Positions 56,359 through 64,000 of a DNA stretch of 64,000 nt are shown here, one piece after another. Made by a program: the position numbers and the translations under genes. Below the pieces are notes generated by a model. That model was given only the letters and a program-made list of their open reading frames with translations. It made no database searches and had not been told where the DNA came from. Source of the DNA: a virus; the IMG/VR virus record IMGVR_UViG_3300020392_000004, one strand, 5' to 3'. Every line of letters begins with the position of its first letter. Position 1 is the first letter of the stretch.

Positions 56359-56563
56359 AAGCTTTCTCCATTTCTTTCCAGTCTGCTGGAGTATAACCAG
56401 TCATGATAAACTCCCTCTCATCTTCATTAAGATTAGGAAAGATATCTTGGATTAATCTTGTCCTAGTAGGAGAGTTCCACTCTTCTATTTGTTCATTAGT
56501 AATGTCAACATATATCTTGTTCCAATTACCAGTTAGGGGACTAATTCTTTCTATTTCTACCAT
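56351..56563 (-). CDS. Conserved hypothetical protein
   Basis: S..TG, LIQD.FP.L...EREF..TG.T...W motif. Confidence 0.7.
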   Translation of the reverse strand: MVEIERISPLTGNWNKIYVDITNEQIEEWNSPTRTRLIQDIFPNLNEDEREFIMTGYTPADWKEMEKAFE

Positions 56564-56588
56564 AATCTTTACCTCTTTTTACTATATT

Positions 56589-56620
56589 AGTATACTAAAA
56601 AGCTGTAGTCATTGTCAAGG
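56589..56620 (-). promoter_or_regulatory. Early promoter, class A
   Basis: CCTTGACAATG-N6-GCTTTTTAGTATACT. Confidence 0.85.
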
Positions 56621-56918
56621 CTTTTTCTAGTTCATATGCCTCTTTTTCACATATTATTCCGTCTGTTAAAATCTGTCTTAAATGCACCATTTCGTGTGCA
56701 AGGGTGATATACTTTTCATTATTGTTTTTTATATAAATTGTAATATATGGTATATCGTCTAGGTGTCTAGGGTATTCTATCAACCCCATTTGTGAAAACT
56801 GGGGTGGAAGGGTCTTTATAGTCAATACAGCCTGCTTATCGTCAATCTCAAGGGTTCTAGCGTGTTTTATTGACTGTTCTAATAGTTCTTTCTGTCTACA
56901 ATATATCTCCATCGTCAT
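56595..56918 (-). CDS. Small HExxH metallopeptidase-like protein
   Basis: TLAHEMVHLRQ...EKEAY. Confidence 0.7.
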   Translation of the reverse strand: MTMEIYCRQKELLEQSIKHARTLEIDDKQAVLTIKTLPPQFSQMGLIEYPRHLDDIPYITIYIKNNNEKYITLAHEMVHLRQILTDGIICEKEAYELEKALTMTTAF

Positions 56919-57057
56919 ACTCTAATTCTTCAATCACATCATTATCTATGTCTGAACCACAAAAAGGACAGTGTAGTAATTGATATGATTCTGTCATTTC
57001 ATGTCCTACCTCACATTCTGATTTACAACTTGGACAATATATCTTAAAAATCTTCAT
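56896..57057 (-). CDS. Small zinc-ribbon protein (53 aa)
   Basis: CPSC...CPFCG with an acidic tail. Confidence 0.65.
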   Translation of the reverse strand: MKIFKIYCPSCKSECEVGHEMTESYQLLHCPFCGSDIDNDVIEELEYDDGDIL

Positions 57058-57322
57058 GTTTTTTCTCTCCTAGAATTTCGTTCCAAAAGTTTTCCATTGT
57101 TTTTTTCTTACCATTTATTGTTGCAAATGGAAGAGAGTGTTTGGAATCTGACTCGTAAAAGTCCATTCCCTCTATATAGATTCTTCTCTCGTTTATAGGT
57201 ATATTTTTTTCGTCAACTAGAGGAATAGACAAAAACATATGTTTCCATCTCATAGATTCTACACACTGTTTATCCTCTCTAGGTAAATATAATTTACAAA
57301 CCTTGAGATAATTTCTAGACAC
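57044..57322 (-). CDS. Hypothetical protein
   Basis: Coupled ORF; C-terminus is weakly thioredoxin/glutaredoxin-like (LPF..ING). Confidence 0.55.
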   Translation of the reverse strand: MSRNYLKVCKLYLPREDKQCVESMRWKHMFLSIPLVDEKNIPINERRIYIEGMDFYESDSKHSLPFATINGKKKTMENFWNEILGEKKHEDF

Positions 57323-57548
57323 GCCTTAAACCATTATGCCATTGTTCGAACTCTGTAAATCCACCTAGATATTCACCGTTTGCAGTGATTTGTGGAAAAG
57401 TTCTGGCACTCGGAAATTGCTCAAAGAGTTCTTCTCTAGTGAAGTCCTCGTCTAACATGTAGTATTCAAATTCATATCCTTCTCTTTCACAAAGATTTTT
57501 TGCTTTTACACAAAAAGGACATTGTGGTTTACTCCATATTTTTATCAT
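57315..57548 (-). CDS. nrdC: Glutaredoxin
   Basis: CPFC, RTFPQI and GGF motifs. Confidence 0.92.
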   Translation of the reverse strand: MIKIWSKPQCPFCVKAKNLCEREGYEFEYYMLDEDFTREELFEQFPSARTFPQITANGEYLGGFTEFEQWHNGLRRV

Positions 57549-57988
57549 TTCATAGTTTCCTCAATAAATTGAGACAAAGTTTCTATATCTGATTCACTCA
57601 ACATTCCTGCTTGAGCCCACATTGTGGAAGACATATTACCAACTTCTTCTCTGTTTTTATATGCATACAATCTCTGACTTATATAATCAGAGCTCTGCCC
57701 TGCAAGTTTTGGGAACATTCCCATACCTTGTCCTTCATTACCATGACAAGCTGCACAACCACCCCATAATCCTCTGATAGAACTGAAAGGGTCTTCAGCT
57801 GCAGCTGCCTGTTTTTTTGCAGTTTGTTCTGACAAACTACCATATTTTTTTACATACTCTTCATAACACTCACCATAACATGAACTATTACTTGAGTATC
57901 CAGTATATTCCATATTAGGATATATTACAGTTGCAAAGAATCCTGCGAGAATCCCACAACCGAACAATACCATTCCTAATTCTCTCAT
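57545..57988 (-). CDS. Membrane-anchored class I cytochrome c (c553/c4-like)
   Basis: N-terminal TM helix; CAACH heme motif, PKLAGQ...Y....L..YK, distal Met and LS..DI. Confidence 0.88.
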   Translation of the reverse strand: MRELGMVLFGCGILAGFFATVIYPNMEYTGYSSNSSCYGECYEEYVKKYGSLSEQTAKKQAAAAEDPFSSIRGLWGGCAACHGNEGQGMGMFPKLAGQSSDYISQRLYAYKNREEVGNMSSTMWAQAGMLSESDIETLSQFIEETMK

Positions 57989-58162
57989 TTATACTATATG
58001 TTGTTGCCTATCCTCTCTGGCTGTATATTTTTTACCTGTCTTACGACCATAATATGTATCTTTTTCTATACCCTTATTACCATGGATATCTTTTACCAAT
58101 AACATGTAAAGACATGACATTGTAATCCATAATATAGGTAATATCAATATTGATTCTATCAT
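57989..58162 (-). CDS. Small membrane protein (57 aa)
   Basis: MIESILILPILWITMSCLYMLLVKD...; fills the nrdB-cytochrome gap. Confidence 0.55.
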   Translation of the reverse strand: MIESILILPILWITMSCLYMLLVKDIHGNKGIEKDTYYGRKTGKKYTAREDRQQHIV

Positions 58163-59256
58163 AATTTAAAGTCTGCAAATGTATCGTCTGACACATCTTG
58201 TTTGATACCTCCGATAAGGTATGATTCTATTTCTGTCTCCTGTGGTGCATTCTGTAGTCCTCTACTATTCAACCAATGTCTAGTCCATGGTAAAGGATTA
58301 TTTGCACTAGATATATCATATATAGGGTCTAAACCAATCATTCTCATTCTCTTGTTTGCAATGTATTCTACATATTGACCTAACACCTGTGAAGTAAGAC
58401 CAATCATAGAACCGTCCTTGAATAAAAACTCTGCCCATTCTTTTTCTTGTTTCACTGCATCTTCATACATTGTGTAAACTTCTTGTTCACAATCTTTCAT
58501 GACTTTATTCATTATCTTATCATTCTCATGTTTCTGATAACATTTAAGTATGTGTTGTGATGTTGCAAGGTGTTGTGCCTCATCTCTGGCGATGAATGAT
58601 ATTATCTTTGCACTTCCTTCCATCAGTTTAAGTTCACCAAATGCAAAACTACATGCAAATGATACGAAAAATCTTATGCCCTCTAGTATGTTTACTGATA
58701 CAAGTGCGAGATATAATGCCTTGTATAGTTCATACTCATCTACTTTCAACCCTAAGAGTTGTCTACGACCTAATTCTATGAATCTATCGTATTTTTCTGT
58801 GACCATAACAGCCCTCTTAATGATTGCATCTTCGTCTAATATAGTGTCAAATACATCGGCAGGGTTTGAATACACATTCTTGATGATATGTGTATAACTT
58901 CTACTATGAATAGTTTCCATGAAGTCCCATGTAATGATACAAGACTCTAGTTCAGGTAGAGTGACAAATGGTAAGAATGCTATGGATGGCGCCCTACCTT
59001 GAACTGAGTCGAGTAAAGTTTGATATCTGAGATTAGAGGTAAAGATATGTTTTTGTGCATCGTTTAATTGTGCATAATCATTTCTATCTTTCTGTAATGA
59101 TACTTCTTCTGGTCTCCAGAAATACCCTAATTGTGTTTGTGTTAGTTTATCAAAGATAGGATATTTGAACTCATCAAATCTTTGCGTGTTTAGTTCTTCA
59201 CCAAAGAATAATTTGTTCTTTGTGAAATCGATTTTCTTTTTATTAAATACTGTCAT
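58159..59256 (-). CDS. nrdB: Ribonucleotide reductase class Ia beta subunit
   Basis: FWRPEE, LLDS.QGR, ETIHSRSY, LEGIRFFVSF, RDEAQH and APQETE motifs. Confidence 0.97.
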   Translation of the reverse strand: MTVFNKKKIDFTKNKLFFGEELNTQRFDEFKYPIFDKLTQTQLGYFWRPEEVSLQKDRNDYAQLNDAQKHIFTSNLRYQTLLDSVQGRAPSIAFLPFVTLPELESCIITWDFMETIHSRSYTHIIKNVYSNPADVFDTILDEDAIIKRAVMVTEKYDRFIELGRRQLLGLKVDEYELYKALYLALVSVNILEGIRFFVSFACSFAFGELKLMEGSAKIISFIARDEAQHLATSQHILKCYQKHENDKIMNKVMKDCEQEVYTMYEDAVKQEKEWAEFLFKDGSMIGLTSQVLGQYVEYIANKRMRMIGLDPIYDISSANNPLPWTRHWLNSRGLQNAPQETEIESYLIGGIKQDVSDDTFADFKL

Positions 59257-60203
59257 TTCTTACCCTCTATCAGTTGCCAGTCATCATAGTTATTGACCAT
59301 ATTTCGAATGTCTTCTACATCTGCCTCATCATAGGCGTCACTAAAAGTCCAGAATCCATCGACTGTTTGTTCTTTGGTAAATCTGTTCTCACGACCATCT
59401 AACTCTAATGCAAATCTAGGTTGTGCCGTAGGAACATCATGATTATTACCAATGATAAACTCTTCTATGTCTCTCATTCTAGATTGTGCATTGAAGAAGT
59501 GAACAAATAGATGATAACTATAATCACCTAATAAGTAATCTCGCCAATGCGGTATGTTAGGACCTTGATACAAAAGAATATCACCTGGTTCTAGTGATAT
59601 CGCCTTACAATTATTCTGTGGTCTTTCTCTATGATTAAAGTCTTGCGAATCTTCTTTTATTTGTTCACTAGGACATTTCGCATAGTTTCTATCATTTCTT
59701 ACCCATATCTTCCAAGGTTTGTTATCATCAGTTTTGTAATCTAGACAAAGTGTTGCACTTATCTCACATGATGGTCTATCAACATGTGTTCCTAGATACG
59801 CACCTCTCTCATACTTCCTTGTAAATGAGTATGTCTCCCTCAAATCCATATCAATATAATCTTTGAGTTTATTATGTATAAAACCGTGAAGTGCAACACC
59901 CCATGGTGTGCAATAACCACCTTTAGATGTGCCTCTAGAAGACAAAGGATTCTTATATGTTATATCGTGTGTTTCTTGATGAGTATAATGACCATCTCTT
60001 TCTTCATCGACTCGCCATGTGTCCATTGCAAATTTAATCAAGTGTTTTGGTAAAAAGTCTCTTAAAACTACATAACGATTCTTCATCAACTGCCATGTTT
60101 CAGGATTAGTTTTCCCTCTCAGTCTTGTTGTATCTTCATCGTCTTCATTGACTCTGACATCCATGTAATATTCTACTGTCTTATCATCAAATGGCACAGG
60201 CAT
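59253..60203 (-). CDS. 2OG-Fe(II) oxygenase (PKHD-type)
   Basis: TYSF.R.Y..G..L..H.DRPSCEIS.T and GD...Y.G....HWR motifs. Confidence 0.85.
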   Translation of the reverse strand: MPVPFDDKTVEYYMDVRVNEDDEDTTRLRGKTNPETWQLMKNRYVVLRDFLPKHLIKFAMDTWRVDEERDGHYTHQETHDITYKNPLSSRGTSKGGYCTPWGVALHGFIHNKLKDYIDMDLRETYSFTRKYERGAYLGTHVDRPSCEISATLCLDYKTDDNKPWKIWVRNDRNYAKCPSEQIKEDSQDFNHRERPQNNCKAISLEPGDILLYQGPNIPHWRDYLLGDYSYHLFVHFFNAQSRMRDIEEFIIGNNHDVPTAQPRFALELDGRENRFTKEQTVDGFWTFSDAYDEADVEDIRNMVNNYDDWQLIEGKK

Positions 60204-62499
60204 CGCAATCATCCTCATTATCTGTATGTGTCAATGGTGGTATATAATCATTCATCGCTGAGTTTGGGTCTGTAATTACATCTTCTACTTTACCATCCAT
60301 GGTGTTCTGATAGTAAGATGTTTTCCAACCATATTTGTATGTATTGAGTAAATCTCTGGCCATAACTGACACTGGCACTTCATTATTATCATAGTTCTCA
60401 GGATTGTATGACCAGTTACCACTAATACCTTGGTCGAAAAACTTCTGCATTACTGCAACTACATTGATATAACCTGTATTGTCTGGCATATCCCATAGTA
60501 AAGTATATGCACTTTTTAAATGTGAATATTGTGGCACAATCTGTTTCAATGTTCCTTTCTTACTCTTCTTGACTGACAAATAATCTCTTGGTGGTTCTAT
60601 GCCGTTCGTTGCATTTGATGTCACACTAGACGATTCACTTGGCATTTGTGCAGTAAGTGTTGAATGTCTCAGACCATTTGTCAATATGTCTGCCCTTAGT
60701 TTCTCCCAATCCATACTGTATTTTGGTTTAACGATTTCATCTACATCTTTTTTGTATGTATCTATCGGTAAGATACCTTGTGCATACTTAGTTCTATCGA
60801 AATAATCACATGCACCTTTTTCTATAGCAATTTGATTACTTGATTTGAGTAGATAGTATTGAAACTTCTCAGTCAACTCATGGACGAGATTCCAGGCGTT
60901 CTGGTCACTATATTTGACTCTGTTTTTCGCCAGATAATGTGCAAGACCAATATACCCTATACCTAAACTTCTTCTTGCAAGTGTTGACATTTCTGCCGCC
61001 TTTACAGGATATTCTTGATAGTCAATCAACTCTTCTAAACCTCTAACTGCAAGGTCACATATCTCTTCTAGTTCTTCATCTTTTACTACACCCACATTGA
61101 TTGCACTTAATATACATAATGCAATTTCACCTGAATGGTCATCTATGTGTTGTATTGGGTCTGTAGGTAATGTAATCTCTTGACATAGATTACTCATGTT
61201 CACCTTATCTAAGAATGAACTATGAGTATTACTATGGTCTATATTCATGATATAGATTCTGCCAGTCTCCGCTCTTTCTTTGAGTAAATCTGTAATCAAC
61301 TCTCTTGCACTGACTTTCTTTTTAGGAACTGAGTATGCGTTCTCATACTTTTCATACATCTCATCAAATGTATCGGTACCAAATGCCTCGTATAAACCAG
61401 GCACATCATGAGGACTAAACAAAGTTATCTCTTGGTTGTTCAAGAATCTCTTGTAGAATAATTCTGATAACTGAATACTGTAATCTAGTTTTCTAACTCT
61501 GTTGTCTTCTGTTCCTTTATTGTTCTTTAAAACAATAATGTCTTCGATTTCTTGGTGCCAGATAGGAAAATGAACTGTTGCACTACCCCCTCTTACACCA
61601 TTCTGAGTGCAACATCTGACCGTTGACTCGAACTTTTTCAAGAATGGTATAACACCTGTGTGTTGCACTTCGCCACCTCTTATCTTTGCACCAAGACCTC
61701 TAACTCTTCCTGCGTTGATACCGATGCCTGCCCTTTGGGCGACATATCGACCAATCGCCATATCACTAGAGAATAATGAATCTAATGTATCATCACTATC
61801 AACTAATACACAACTTGCAAACTGTTTCAATGGTGTTCTAACACCTGCCATGATAGGCGTAGGTATGTTTATCTTAAATGTAGATGTTGCGTTATAGTAT
61901 TTCTGTATGTAAGATAGTCTAGTATCTTTATCATAGTTTCTAAACAATGTCATTGCAATTAACATATACATGAATTGTGGTGTTTCAAACAATGTGCCTG
62001 TTGACCTATCTTGAATTAGATACTTGTCTACTACTTGTTGTAAACCTGCATATGTAAATTCAAAGTCTCTACTATGTCTTAGATATGAATCTAACTTTGT
62101 ATACTCTTCTTCTGTATAATCATCTAGTAAATCTTCTGTATATAAACCTTTCTCTACATTTCTTTCTACTATATCTCTTAGTGGCGGATATATCTCTGCA
62201 TCTTTCCACTTTGTATTGAATACTTGTTTCTGAACTGCAAACAATAATAATCTGGCTGCCACAAACTGATAGTTAGGTGATTCTAAACTTATAAGGTCAC
62301 TTGCACTTTTGACAAGTATCTTTTGTATCTCTTGTGTTGTTATGCCATCATAGAATTGTAGACCACTATTCATCTCTACTAATGACTCTGACACTCCTGT
62401 AATACCTCTACAGGACTTTTCGACCATTCTATGTATCTTATCTAATTCTATATCTACTTTAGAACCGTCTGACTTTACTACTTTAATTTCTGAATTCAT
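60187..62499 (-). CDS. nrdA: Ribonucleotide reductase class Ia alpha subunit
   Basis: ATP cone, QFASC, NLCQEI, MPSESS, KTSYY and C-terminal CDAC. Confidence 0.98.
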   Translation of the reverse strand: MNSEIKVVKSDGSKVDIELDKIHRMVEKSCRGITGVSESLVEMNSGLQFYDGITTQEIQKILVKSASDLISLESPNYQFVAARLLLFAVQKQVFNTKWKDAEIYPPLRDIVERNVEKGLYTEDLLDDYTEEEYTKLDSYLRHSRDFEFTYAGLQQVVDKYLIQDRSTGTLFETPQFMYMLIAMTLFRNYDKDTRLSYIQKYYNATSTFKINIPTPIMAGVRTPLKQFASCVLVDSDDTLDSLFSSDMAIGRYVAQRAGIGINAGRVRGLGAKIRGGEVQHTGVIPFLKKFESTVRCCTQNGVRGGSATVHFPIWHQEIEDIIVLKNNKGTEDNRVRKLDYSIQLSELFYKRFLNNQEITLFSPHDVPGLYEAFGTDTFDEMYEKYENAYSVPKKKVSARELITDLLKERAETGRIYIMNIDHSNTHSSFLDKVNMSNLCQEITLPTDPIQHIDDHSGEIALCILSAINVGVVKDEELEEICDLAVRGLEELIDYQEYPVKAAEMSTLARRSLGIGYIGLAHYLAKNRVKYSDQNAWNLVHELTEKFQYYLLKSSNQIAIEKGACDYFDRTKYAQGILPIDTYKKDVDEIVKPKYSMDWEKLRADILTNGLRHSTLTAQMPSESSSVTSNATNGIEPPRDYLSVKKSKKGTLKQIVPQYSHLKSAYTLLWDMPDNTGYINVVAVMQKFFDQGISGNWSYNPENYDNNEVPVSVMARDLLNTYKYGWKTSYYQNTMDGKVEDVITDPNSAMNDYIPPLTHTDNEDDCDACAI

Positions 62500-63536
62500 A
62501 TCTTCTTATACTCCACCAATTGTAATTTTGCTGAGAGACCTTGAACTGTATTACGATTGATGATTTCAACAACCTCACTCTCACTCAAACCACTCATTAT
62601 CATGTCATTAATATCTTTACACTCTGTTATTCGTTTATCATTCCAAATACACACACGATATCCTAAGTCTATGACTTCTTCTATCTTCTTGATTATCTCT
62701 TTGTTGCGTGGTTCATTGTCAAATACAAGTATTGCGTTGTCTTTAATATCTTCTGGTATCTTCTTAAAATCACTTCCTGCAACTGCGATACTATTAGGAA
62801 GGAATAGACTATCTATTGGTCCCTCTGTCACATAGATTGTCTTCGTTCTGTCCACTTTGTTAAGATTAAAGATGAGTGGCATGTCATCTCGGAATCTGAG
62901 TGTAAGATATCTAAGTGGTGAATCATTGATTGCACGACCAGATACCCCAATCAGTTCCCCATTCTCACTATAGAATGGTAATACTATTCTAGGGTCTTTG
63001 CCTAGAACTCTGTCTTTATACTTATTAGATAATAAGTTTAGAGTTTGTGCATGTGGCACAAACCACAAGTCTTTCATTGCGAACTCAGGCACCTTTCTAT
63101 CTATTAGATATTGTCGTGCCTCATGTTTCTCGACTACAGGAAAGGCAATCGCTTCAAGCATCGTCTTTTCTCCTTTCTCAGTCTCATTTTTATTTAGAAT
63201 ATCTGTTCGTGGAGTGAACTTAAATTTGTCACTTGAAGGCATTTTTCTTTTGGGTTTATGCCCTTGTTCTGATAGATACTCTTTTAGATACTCTCTGTGT
63301 ATGACAGGAAAGTTTTCTTTGATAAAGTTTATACTTGATGTAGTCTTGCCACAATTATGACACTTGTAAATGAATGATTGTTCTTTTACAAAATGATAAC
63401 CTCTAGACTTATATAGATTTTTTTGAGAGTCGCCACAATAGGGACATCTATGATTCAATGTGTTTTCATTGACCCATTTCGACCTGTCTAGATTTGCCAT
63501 AACCATAGACAAATATTTTCGCTCTAACCATAACAT
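62496..63536 (-). CDS. gp61: DNA primase gp61
   Basis: RCPYCGDS...CHNCG zinc finger; EGPIDSLF and DNEPRN TOPRIM motifs; KDIND. Confidence 0.96.
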   Translation of the reverse strand: MLWLERKYLSMVMANLDRSKWVNENTLNHRCPYCGDSQKNLYKSRGYHFVKEQSFIYKCHNCGKTTSSINFIKENFPVIHREYLKEYLSEQGHKPKRKMPSSDKFKFTPRTDILNKNETEKGEKTMLEAIAFPVVEKHEARQYLIDRKVPEFAMKDLWFVPHAQTLNLLSNKYKDRVLGKDPRIVLPFYSENGELIGVSGRAINDSPLRYLTLRFRDDMPLIFNLNKVDRTKTIYVTEGPIDSLFLPNSIAVAGSDFKKIPEDIKDNAILVFDNEPRNKEIIKKIEEVIDLGYRVCIWNDKRITECKDINDMIMSGLSESEVVEIINRNTVQGLSAKLQLVEYKKI

Positions 63537-63544
63537 TACTATTC

Positions 63545-63573
63545 ATTATACAGTAATGTGTATGAAATGTCTA
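63545..63573 (-). promoter_or_regulatory. Sigma70-type promoter for primase
   Basis: TAGACA-17-TATAAT, 9 nt from the ATG. Confidence 0.7.
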
Positions 63574-64000
63574 CTTGGTTTTATCTACTTTTGGGACTTT
63601 ATTTTTAGGAACTTGTATGACATATCTGTTCTCAACAACTTTTGGTTTTTCTTGTTCAACTCTTCTTGCAATTAAACCTGTTGATGATACTAATAGTAGC
63701 ACCGCAAGTGGGTCAAATACAAATATCAATGCATATATTACCCACCTCACGGCATTGTCAAGATAATTCATACTCTCTTCTTGACCATATATCACTTCTG
63801 CGACATACTTAATTGGGCCAATCTCCGCCTCTTGTTCTAATTGTAATCTTTGTAGTGGTAATTTATCTTCGTTTAATTTTACTATATCACCTACGAGTAT
63901 GTCAACATCATTTGCAATTTCTTTTCTTTCGTCTTGTTGTCTTCTATCGATATAGTTTCTATCTTGTGGTCTTGCAGTGTCTATGATGTTATCTAGATTT
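63571..64000 (-). CDS. Conserved membrane coiled-coil protein, 5'-truncated
   Basis: Frame is open to the right edge: EAEIGPIKYVAE...AVRWVI..LIFVFDPLAVLLL. Confidence 0.75.
   Translation of the reverse strand, partial: NLDNIIDTARPQDRNYIDRRQQDERKEIANDVDILVGDIVKLNEDKLPLQRLQLEQEAEIGPIKYVAEVIYGQEESMNYLDNAVRWVIYALIFVFDPLAVLLLVSSTGLIARRVEQEKPKVVENRYVIQVPKNKVPKVDKTK

Noticed and set aside
58159-62499. Introns, inteins or homing endonucleases in nrdA/nrdB
   Set aside because: Both genes are contiguous and of normal length. The intervening gene has 2OG oxygenase motifs, not HNH or GIY-YIG.
1-64000. CRISPR array, canonical tRNA/rRNA, integrase or transposase
   Set aside because: No regularly spaced repeats, no complete cloverleaf with canonical D/T loops, and no recombinase motifs seen by eye.
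1-64000. Alternative genetic code or stop-codon reassignment
   Set aside because: Core genes are full length under code 11, and TAA, TAG and TGA all terminate conserved genes.

Overview
A 64 kb segment of an AT-rich T4-like (Tevenvirinae/Kyanoviridae-type) myophage genome, probably marine. The encoded bS21 resembles gammaproteobacterial bS21, which hints at the host (inference). 1-17.1 kb is the minus-strand baseplate module (VrlC-like, gp8, gp7, gp6, gp25, gp5, hub, gp53, gp48). 17.1-24.8 kb is the plus-strand gp4-HAD-kdsB-gp2-gp54-gp26/gp51-holin-like-tape measure operon. 24.8-64 kb is almost entirely minus strand: replication and transcription genes (gp32, gp59, gp33, exonuclease, RNase H, nrdAB, gp61) mixed with many auxiliary genes (bS21, RimK-protease fusion, RimI-like GNAT, DNA methyltransferase, pyrD, IscA, cytochrome c, DoxX, split carbamoyltransferase, radical SAM/SPASM, about nine 2OG-Fe(II) oxygenases, SleB hydrolase, spanins). 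The main observations are: (1) a candidate 30S-platform remodelling set (bS21 plus putative bS6 and bS18 modifiers) alongside many apparently leaderless transcripts; (2) six or more structured intergenic RNA candidates, some pseudoknotted, tRNA-like or loop-E containing; (3) a probable programmed -1 frameshift fusing gp26 to gp51; (4) a membrane redox set including a c-type cytochrome; (5) strong apparent avoidance of GATC, GTAC, CCGG and GTWAC. All calls come from reading motifs and gene order by eye. No searches or folding programs were run.
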